A stretch of DNA of 32,778 nt from a virus (taxonomy: Duplodnaviria; Caudoviricetes), in the IMG/VR virus record IMGVR_UViG_3300031539_000172, positions 1-32,778 of that record. One strand, 5' to 3'. The notes beneath the pieces were generated by a model. It saw only the letters and a list, made by a program, of their open reading frames with translations, had not been told where the DNA came from and searched no databases. A program made the position numbers and the translations under genes. This document shows, piece by piece, positions 8,524-17,600 of the stretch; the first letter of the stretch is position 1, and the number at the start of each line of letters is the position of its first letter.

Positions 8524-9574
8524 GTCCGACGGAATGTCCCTCTGGACGGAGACGAAGACAGATCTGTCGTTCACTCCTGACCTTGAGGGCTACCAACCCG
8601 TCGTTTCCTTCAGCGGTGGCAAGGACTCGGTGGCGACGGCGCTCGTACTGCGCGAGCACGGCATCGAGGCAAGGCATGTCTTCGCCGACACGGGATGGGA
8701 AGCCGACTCAACCGTCGATTACGTGCATGAGATCTCTGAGAAGCTCGGCCTCAACGTCGAGGTCGTCGGAACCACCCCTCCTGTGCTCGAGCCTTGGGCT
8801 GAGGAACTCATCGAGGCTGCGGAGAAAAGGCTCGGTCGGAAGTTCGGCGCGCTCCCTCGAGGGATGCTGCATCGTGGAGGCTCCCCTCTGCGCATTGGGC
8901 GGTGGTGCACGATCGAGTACAAGCTGCGTCCCATCAAGAACTTCCACCTCAAGGTGCAAGAGGAGACGGAGCTCGACACGATCAACGTCATCGGTGTCCG
9001 CGCCGAAGAGAGCGTCTCGAGAGCGCAGAAGGAGCGGTGGTATTTCGACGACCAATGGGACGGCCAGATGTGGCTGCCCATCCATCATTGGCGTACCGAT
9101 GACGTGCTCCGCATCCACCAGCGCCACGACATCCCCGTGAACCCGCTCTACATGAAAGGGCACGACCGCGTGGGGTGCTACCCGTGCATCCTTGCGCGCA
9201 AAGATGAGATCGCCCTGATCGCCAGGCGGGCTCCTGAGCACATCGACATGGTGCGCGAGCTCGAGGGGTTGTTTCAGGCGATCAGGAGCCGACGCAACGA
9301 AGAGAAGCCCGGACGTTACGGCAAAGAGAACCCGGCCTTCTTCGAGGCGGTGATCGAGCGCAACAACTCCAAGGTTTCCGCGAAGATTGACGAAGTGGTG
9401 GATTGGGCCCGAACCGACCGAAAAGGCAAGAAGGTACGTTTGGCGCAGCTCCCTCCTGGTGGTGGCTGTTTCCGGTGGGGTCTTTGTGAAACCCACATCG
9501 AAGGAGAACCGGTAGACGAACGCGCCTCCATCGCTGCGACGCTGAATGAGGCGTTTGGGGGCGCTGAGGACTAA
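8516..9574 (+). CDS. PAPS reductase family (PP-loop) protein
   Basis: SFSGGKDS PP-loop, FADTGWE, RWCT..K..P, GVRAEES..R, NPLY..G..RVGCYPC. Confidence 0.9.
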   Translation: MSKSDGMSLWTETKTDLSFTPDLEGYQPVVSFSGGKDSVATALVLREHGIEARHVFADTGWEADSTVDYVHEISEKLGLNVEVVGTTPPVLEPWAEELIEAAEKRLGRKFGALPRGMLHRGGSPLRIGRWCTIEYKLRPIKNFHLKVQEETELDTINVIGVRAEESVSRAQKERWYFDDQWDGQMWLPIHHWRTDDVLRIHQRHDIPVNPLYMKGHDRVGCYPCILARKDEIALIARRAPEHIDMVRELEGLFQAIRSRRNEEKPGRYGKENPAFFEAVIERNNSKVSAKIDEVVDWARTDRKGKKVRLAQLPPGGGCFRWGLCETHIEGEPVDERASIAATLNEAFGGAED

Positions 9575-9583
9575 TCGTCCTAT

Positions 9584-9618
9584 CTCAAAGCCTCCTGTGG
9601 AACCCAGGAGGCTTTGAG
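9584..9618 (+). promoter_or_regulatory. Perfect 14-bp hairpin sequestering the RBS of the gene at 9621
   Basis: CTCAAAGCCTCCTG (9584-9597) pairs with CAGGAGGCTTTGAG (9605-9618). AGGAGG lies in the 3' arm. Confidence 0.75.
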
Positions 9619-9620
9619 CT

Positions 9621-10886
9621 GTGTACTATTTCCTCACCGAGCAGGTTCAGCGGAAGTTCATCGAAGAACTTCGCAAGTACTGGTCCTACCATCCCAAGTA
9701 CAAGGACATCGTTGCCCACATTCAGGGCAAGTACTCGTTCCGCGAGCGTCCGCAGTACGGCATCGTGCTCAAGAACAGCGCGGGCAACCAAGCCCAGCTC
9801 GCCGCGGACAACTTCCAAGGGACGGTGCAGTCCTACGTCTACCTTGCACACGTCGATGGGAAACCGAACCTGTCGATCGAATGGGTCCGTGAGGACTACG
9901 TGGCGATCCAGAACAACGGAGGGTACTTCCCGACCGTACCTGGCATCTACTTCCTTGATTTTTGCGATGAGAACGGCAACCCAACGGACCAAGAGTTCTA
10001 CGTTGACCCTCTTATCGACGTGATCGACGAGACGCCCCTCAAGATCAACGACACGCAGTACCAGCTTGAGGAGGGGAAGTTCCTCAAGGGGACGCTCAAG
10101 CTCTACAGGATGCCGGGCAACATCCGGCTGTACGAAGACACCAACTACACGGCAGACCCGGCCACAGGTCTGGTCACCCTCATTGATGAGCTCAACGACG
10201 ATGATGGGGAGTTCGTCTCGGCCGACTACCGTTGTCCTGGGGAGACCACGGGGCCGTGGAAAGTGTTTGAGAACCGAGCACTCCGTGAGCCCATCCCGGG
10301 CGCTGTCTTGGCGTTTGGGCGTCGCATCACCAAGGGAGACCGCCTTGCAGTGGTGGTTCAGCGTAAACGCACCATCGCAGCACTCGAGTACGGCGGTCGG
10401 TGGGACCTGACCCTCGACGTGGATGTCATCGCTCGCGACCCCTTGTCGCAACGTGAAATTCTCGATCAGACCGCGCTCTACCTTTGGGCAACCGCCCGAC
10501 CTCGGCTCTCGAGCCAAGGCATTGAGGTTTTGGCCGTCAACATGGGCGGCGAGACCGAAGAGGTCTACGACGAAAACGCGGACGACTACTTCTACAACGC
10601 GAGTTTTTCGATGCAGCTCCAGACGGATTGGAGCATCCATGTCCCTCTGGGCATCACTTTGCGAGGAGTGGAGCCTGGCGGTGGTCCTCCTATCGCCCCG
10701 GGAACCGCGCCTCTCACCCCACCTTTCATCGAACAGATCGCAGGGCTCACCGATCAGCAGATCGCCGAGATCCAAACGAACATTCGAGGGTTGGCGGCTT
10801 TGGGGCTCCGAGCGCCATGGGACCCCTACTTCACGGGCAAATCTGGGCGTCCCGGAGTGTACGGAACTGGCGAGATGCTCCGTTAG
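9621..10886 (+). CDS. Putative tail completion/terminator protein with inserted beta domain
   Basis: GTG start after AGGAGG. GRWDLTLDVDVIARD...REILD...FSMQLQTDW is terminator-like. Lies between neck and sheath genes. Confidence 0.6.
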   Translation: MYYFLTEQVQRKFIEELRKYWSYHPKYKDIVAHIQGKYSFRERPQYGIVLKNSAGNQAQLAADNFQGTVQSYVYLAHVDGKPNLSIEWVREDYVAIQNNGGYFPTVPGIYFLDFCDENGNPTDQEFYVDPLIDVIDETPLKINDTQYQLEEGKFLKGTLKLYRMPGNIRLYEDTNYTADPATGLVTLIDELNDDDGEFVSADYRCPGETTGPWKVFENRALREPIPGAVLAFGRRITKGDRLAVVVQRKRTIAALEYGGRWDLTLDVDVIARDPLSQREILDQTALYLWATARPRLSSQGIEVLAVNMGGETEEVYDENADDYFYNASFSMQLQTDWSIHVPLGITLRGVEPGGGPPIAPGTAPLTPPFIEQIAGLTDQQIAEIQTNIRGLAALGLRAPWDPYFTGKSGRPGVYGTGEMLR

Positions 10887-10896
10887 TGAGCCTATA
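10883..10896 (+). promoter_or_regulatory. Candidate late-promoter motif TTAGTGAGCCTATA
   Basis: Matches the 3191 motif at 13 of 14 positions; upstream of the FmdB-like gene. Confidence 0.4.
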
Positions 10897-10926
10897 TAAG
10901 CGCACATATAGACGGAGCACGCGCGC

Positions 10927-11394
10927 TTGCCCATTTTCAAGTACCACTGCTCGGACTGCGGTTTGCGGTTCGGGGCCATGCAGCCCTCTCAGGGGGCGAA
11001 GGACTCGCTTGCCTGCAAGCGGTGCGGCAAAGGTGCGGATCGGCAACTCTCCACGGCGAGTTTCAAGTTCGCCCATCAGCCTGGTGCGCCTGCTCCGCAA
11101 AACACGGGGGCCTCGTCCGTCGATCACGACGTTGATGTGGTCATCGGTCGGAGCGCGGCACAGAACTTGGCCGAGTTCCAGAAGCGTTCGGACTACAAGC
11201 GGCGCGTGATCGCCGCCAATCAGACTACAGGCGACAACCTCTCCCGTCTCGATGGCGGTGAGTACTTCGTCATGACGGAGACCGAGAGGGTCGCCGCCAA
11301 GAAAGCCCGCCTCGCGAATCAAGACGCGATGAAGCGGATCAAGGATTTCAAGGACGCGCGCCAACAAGGTGCGTCCCAAGAGGCTGCTTCGTAA
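10927..11394 (+). CDS. FmdB-family zinc-ribbon protein
   Basis: MPIFKYHCSDCG...CKRCG...RQLS pattern; TTG start with a GGAG RBS. Confidence 0.8.
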   Translation: MPIFKYHCSDCGLRFGAMQPSQGAKDSLACKRCGKGADRQLSTASFKFAHQPGAPAPQNTGASSVDHDVDVVIGRSAAQNLAEFQKRSDYKRRVIAANQTTGDNLSRLDGGEYFVMTETERVAAKKARLANQDAMKRIKDFKDARQQGASQEAAS

Positions 11395-11663
11395 GGAAGC
11401 GGTTGCTACCCCCGGCCCCTCCTCGAGGGGACCCAAACAGCCAGACATACAGACCCGATTGAGACAGACCCACCCTGCGTAAGCAGGACCCAAACGCTTC
11501 CTCCCTTCGGGGATGGCCAAATGGAAACCGATAGACAGATGCAGATGTGACCACCGATGTGGACCTTCAGCGCGCTCTCAGTGCGCATCCAGCGACTGCA
11601 ACCCGGGCTTTCAAGCTCCACAGGACAGATGCGTCCTGACGTACCCGAAGAGGTAGCCCCAAA
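11395..11663 (+). promoter_or_regulatory. Structured non-coding leader/ncRNA candidate upstream of the sheath
   Basis: Several short hairpins (CCTGC-GTAA-GCAGG, TCCC-TTCG-GGGA, CAGGAC-AGATGC-GTCCTG), repeated CAGAC/CAGAT/CAAAC words, and a core shared with 20862-20920. Confidence 0.55.
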
Positions 11664-14600
11664 ATGGCCGATTTCCCAGGCAACATTTACTCGCCCCCAG
11701 GTGTCTACACCCGTACGCTGTTCAACTCCCCGGTTTCGGGAGTTCTCGCGGGTGTGCGCATTCCGGTCTTCATCGGAACGGGCAACGAACTTCTCCAACA
11801 GCAAGGTCTCGAGGTCATTCGTGGCTCGAGCTCGTCGGTGGACCAGCAGGTCCCCCAAGAGGATGAGACGGGCCGTGCCGTGGTCCAGATCTCCCAGACG
11901 GGTCAGGTCACCCTTGGTGACTTCAACGGAGAACGACGCCGTATCCAGGTCCGCAATTTCCCCATCACGAATGGGGACGGCAGCGGGACCATCGCTACAG
12001 ATCCCAGCTCGATCTTCGTGACGATCAATGGTCAGCCAGATGTCGTCCTGAGCGTGTCTCGCGCCGACATCGGTGTGATCGAGATCAGCACGGCCCCGGT
12101 TCTGGGTGACGAAGTGCGGATCACGTACTTCTTCAAGCGCACGGATACGCAGACCACCGACACCACCTCGGAGCAGACGACCCCGCAGTCGGCCATCCTC
12201 GACGGTGCCATCGGCAACCTCTACGAGTTCACCGCGGAGACCAACACCTTCACCGTCCGAGTGGACGATGACCAGAACCAAGAGATCACGGCGACGTTCC
12301 CCACGGGATCTGTCTCCGCGGCCACGGTCGTTTCGCTCATCAACGGAGCCGCGGCCGCCACCTCTTTGGTCGCTTCGACGTTCACGAACAACTTCGGGGA
12401 CACCGCCGTTCGTCTCGTCTCTGACCGCGATCTTCGCATCCTCGACGGCACTGCCAACGTGGTGCTCGGGTTCACCCAAGGTCAGGACACGAACCGCAAC
12501 AAGACCTACTTCACGTTCAACGGTCCCATCGTGGACGGCTCGAACGGAGGTATTGCCACCACCGACACCGCCAAGGTGACGGTGCGCGTCGCTGGTGTGC
12601 AGGTCATTCCGACCGAGGTCGACGGCCAGAACCGTGCCGTGACCCTCCCCTTCGCCCCCGGCGTCGGAGAGTCCGTCACCATTCAGTACTACTTCAACAC
12701 TTGGCAGGACACCTTCGACTACCTGGCGAACATCAACGTCACGGAAGTCCTGCGCTGTGGAATCGTCCCCGGCAACAACGACTTCATCGAAGGGGCTGAC
12801 TTCATCCTCAAGGATGACCTGATCGTGTGGGGAACTGCTTTTTTGGTGGCCCCTGGCGTTACGACTCCCGGAGCCCCGGCATTCGGCCCCACTCAGATCA
12901 GCGGCCTGTTGATCGACAACCGCTGGTTCCTTGCGTCCACGAATGTCGTGATCAATGACGCTGTGACGCCGCCCCTCGAGGATCGGACCAAGTTCCAGCT
13001 CCCCGCACAGCCCACCACGGGCAACGGACGCGACAACCCGCTTGGTCAAGATGCGTTCCTGAGCATCTCAAACAACCGACAGGACCTGCCGACCAACAAC
13101 CCCAATCTCGTCAAGGCGTACTGGGGCTTCGGGATGCAGGACGCGCTCCAGCGTGGTCCCGTCACGGTGACCGAGGTAGAAGGCACCATCATTACCCTCA
13201 AGAACCCGGTTCCTGTGGGCGCCGAGGTGTTCGCTACCTTCTGGTACAACATCCTCGTCGATGAGGAGTACACCGTCGAGGTTCAGACCTCGGGCCCCTC
13301 GGGCATCGGAACGTACTTCCTGTTCGACAGCAACGGGAACTCCATTTACACGCCGAAGTTTGGCGTGAAGGGTCCCGCCATGACCGGCGTGACCATTCAG
13401 TTCCCCTCGGGTTCTGAACTCACCCCCGACGTTCACTTCGAGGGAGCCACGCAAGGCCCCGTCGAGGAGACGGTCACCGTTTCGTTCGCGGACGAGGATT
13501 CCACGATCGGAAAGTTCACGGTTCCCGGAGCGGGCAGCTACGCATTCGTGAGCAGCGAGTCGGATCGCGCTCGATTCCTCATCGACAGCACGCCTCTCGC
13601 AGGCGGGGTCTCGGGAATCGATCTTTCGGCTCCTCACGGCATCCAAGGGCTCGGGTTCAACGCCAGCCTGCTCGGTGACGAGATCACCTACACGGACGAC
13701 TCGGGCAAGACCACCTACGACATCCTCTCGGGCATCAACGACAACGTGTCGATGTCCGTGGACAACGTGGTGCTCACGGTGCTCGTGCCTGGGCAGACCG
13801 GGGTGAACGCGGACGCTTACGTGGAGGCCATCAACGCCGACGCGAAGCTCGCGCTCAACAACCCGTACCTCGATGGTTCGACCCGGTTCCAAGGAACCAC
13901 TGTCATCACCGCGGGTGAGTACGACCAGCTCGTGTTCAACTATACGGGTGTCACGAACGGTTCGACGGGACCCGTCACGGCGACCATCGCACCGGGAACT
14001 TACCTGTCCCCGAACACCATCGCTGCCGCAGTCAACAGCGCACTCACCACGGCCATCGCGGCGCTGCCGGCTGCCTACGACGGCATCAACATGGTTTGCA
14101 CGGCCAACGTAGACGGTCAGATGCGCTTCACCATGACTGGTGCGGACACGGACCTCGGCACCTTCGCCACGGGCACCGTGACCACCGCGTTGTCGATCCT
14201 CAACGACACCATCACCATCGGGGGCATCACCCTTACCGGTGAACTGGGTCTCACTGCGGGTGGCCTCAACTACGACACCGGACAGGCTCGAGGGACCGTC
14301 ATCCCGACTGGCGTGCGCCCCGGCGACACGATCAGCATCGACACCACCGCTGTCGGCGGCGGTTTGGTGACTCTCACTGCAGCGGGTGCTCAAACCCCGG
14401 GTGGCCTCAACTTCAACGAGGGCACGCAGGCCACGGGCACCATCATGGTGGCCGGACCGATTCCGGGCGACACCTTCACGGTGGATGGCATCACCATCAC
14501 CGCGCTCGGGGCTCAGACCCCCGGTGGTCTGGACTTCGACGAGGGAACTCGTGCGACGGGCACTGCAACGTTGTCTGCCGTGCAATACGGCGACACCATC

Positions 14601-17600
14601 ACCATCGACACTTCGGCGGTGGGCGGTGGTCCTGTCATCCTGACGGCCAGCAACACGCTGACCCCGGGTGGTCTTGACTTCAATGTCGGAACCGCAGCCA
14701 CGGGTGACTTCATGCTGATGGGGGCGCGTCCGGCCACTCTTGCACCGTTCCCGGCCCTTCCTGCCGACACGGTGACCATCGGTGGTGCCGTCCTCACTCC
14801 TGTCGAAGGATTGCGTACCCCAGGTGCGGATGACTTCGATGCTGGTACTCGAGCCCTTGGATCGGTCGTTGTTGTCGCCGATTCATTGGCTCCGAGCACG
14901 GGTGTTCTCTACGGAGACACCATCACGATCGCGGGCATTGCTCTCACGGCGGACGATATGACCACTCCTGGTGGTCTGAACTTCGACGCAGGCACCCAAG
15001 CCACGGATCTCGTCAATGTGGCGCTTTCCCCGGCCATCGCGACCATCGTCATCGATGCGGCGCCTGCCAACGGCGGTCCTTTCCCCCTCGCAGCCGGCAC
15101 CGGAATTCCGGGAACCAACACCTACGATGGAACCCCGGCTTCGACGGCCGCCATTGCTGCGAACATCGCATCGGCGATCAATAACCCGGCGAATGCTTTC
15201 TCCACGTTCATGAGCGCGGCAGTGGGCCCCGGTCCGAACGATGTGACTCTGACTTGGACGGTTCCGGGTTCCTTCCCCAACGCGGTCATCACCACAACGA
15301 GTTCGGACGTTAGCGTGACTGTTGGTGGTGGTGCTGCAAGTGCGTTCGCCGGTGGTGTGGGTGACGAGATCACCACTGCGACGGCCATCGTTGCGGCCAT
15401 CACCGATACGCTCAACGGCCTCGGTGGCACCGTACAGGCTCATAACACGGGCGGTACCTCTGCAACCGTGGACATCCAAGCGCTCACTCCGGGCCTTGCA
15501 GGGAACTCCATCAGCACCGTTTCGACGGCGCCGGCGCGTCTCACTTGGGGCGCAGGCGTCTTGGGTGGTGGTCTTGGAGATGATAGCACCGCAGCGACCG
15601 ACGCATGTATGGCCATCGCGGACGGGTTGAACTCGTTCGACACGATTGTCACCTGCGTGGCGATCGGAAATCAGGTGGACCTCACTTCCGTCACTCCGGG
15701 AGCGGTGGGCAACCTGACCACTCTGAGCACGACGGCGGCAGGCCGCTTCGTTCTTTCGGGTGGGAGCCTGACCGGGGGTGTCGGCGACGACATCTCGGCA
15801 GCCACAAGCCTTGTGGCCGCCATCGGCGATGCTGCCAACGGTCTCGGTGGAGTTACCTCCGACAACGTTGGAGGTACCTCTGCGGTCGTCACCATCGACT
15901 CGTTCACTCCGGGCACTGTCGGGAACAGCATCACGATGGCAGAGTCCACCGGTGCTACTCGCGTTGTCCTGTCCGCAGGCACGTTGCTCGGTGGTTTGGG
16001 GGATGACACGACGGTTGCGGCCTCCATTGCGGCGGCCATCAACGATGCCGGCAACGGTATCGCGGCTACTGTCAGTGCCCTGTCGGCACTTGCTGTGGTC
16101 ACGATGACTGCGGTCACCCCCGGCAACATCGGCAACATCATCGATACGACAAGTTCCGACGGAACGCGTCTTCTCATGTCTGCACTGACCCTTCAAGGTG
16201 GTGTAGGCACGGATCTGTCGGTGGCGAGCTCCATCGCGGCTGCGATCAACGATCTCGGCAACGGTCTCGCAGTGGACATCAGCGCGGGCAACGGTGGTGG
16301 GACTTCCACGACGGTGACCGCATGGGCCGATGTGCCTGGCGTTTTGGCGAACGGCATTTTGCTCTCCTCGAGCACGGGCCCTCGCTTGCCGGTGTCGGGG
16401 GCTACCTTCGGCGGCGGTCTGACCGACGTTGGAGTGGCTACCACTATCGTCTCGGCCATCACGGACCCCCTCAATGGGCTCGACACTCTGGTCACGTCCG
16501 ACAACAGCTCGGGCACTTCTTCCACCGTGGACCTCACGGCGGCGGTGCCTGGACCGAGTGGGAACTTCATCGATCTGCTCTCGAGCAGCGCGGTGCGGCT
16601 CCTGACTTCCGCGGCTACTCTTACGGGTGGCTCGGGTCTCGGCGGCGGTGTGTTCGAGTTCCTCGATGCGGCTACGTTCGCAGAGGACTTCGCGGTGCTG
16701 GCAGGCATCTCAACGGACGTACTGCCGAGCCAAGAGCAGACCAAGGTCATCGACGGAGACATCGCTCGTCGCTTCACTGTGGCAGGCACCTCGGGTCGCC
16801 TGATCTACGACCGCATCCTTCTGCGCAACCGCATCGTGCCCGGCTCGGGCTCCATGCGGCCCGAGAGCCAGGTCGCTCAGACCCAGCTCGTCGTCGAGGG
16901 AACCAATGCCAAGTCTCAGACGGGACTGGCGGCCAAGGCCTTCGGTGAGGCCGACATTGAAGCCACGATCCGCGAGGCTTCACTCTTCGGTGAGGTTGGG
17001 TTCAAGGACGGCCAAGTGCCATCGGGAACCTACGGAGACAGCCGAGATGGTCAGCCGCAGGTGCAGTTCTACGGCGCCAATGGTCTGAACCCGCAGAACA
17101 ACGTGTTCAGGTTCAACATCGACGGATCGCCGGTGACGGTCGTGTTCACGGACGCGTCTGGAGTCGGTATTCCGGCAGCCGGAGAGGCACTCGTGCCGCT
17201 CGGTCCTGTGACGACCCCGAACACGGTGTTGCGTCAAATCCAAAACGCGGCTGTGGCGGCCGGTCTGAGCGCGAGCTCGGTGGCGCAGGAAGGCGCGGGC
17301 ATCCGTCTCGTGTCTGGCCTTGTGGATACCAACTCCGCGGTCACGATCAATCAGGCCAACGGCACTGATCTGCTCGGGTTCTCCGAGGGTGCCACGGCAA
17401 CTCGCAGCTTGGTGACCGTCGAGAAGGTCGCATCGGCTCTGATGATGCACCACAGCAGCAGCATCAACGGTGCGATGCTCGACTACCAGAGCCCGGACGC
17501 GACCTACTTCGCGGACCAGGCCTTGGCAGCCAAGGAAACGGACTCGGCGAACAACGAGTTCCTGTTCGTGCAGTCGCAAGCCAACAACGTCGTGGGTTTG

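Noticed and set aside
11395-11663. CRISPR array or tRNA in the intergenic repeats
   Set aside because: No regularly spaced 25-45 bp repeats with spacers, and no cloverleaf or T-loop consensus seen.
14163-16631. Intein or mobile insertion explaining the sheath length
   Set aside because: No intein splice or homing endonuclease motifs are visible; the insert is made of Gly/Thr/Ala-rich structural repeats.
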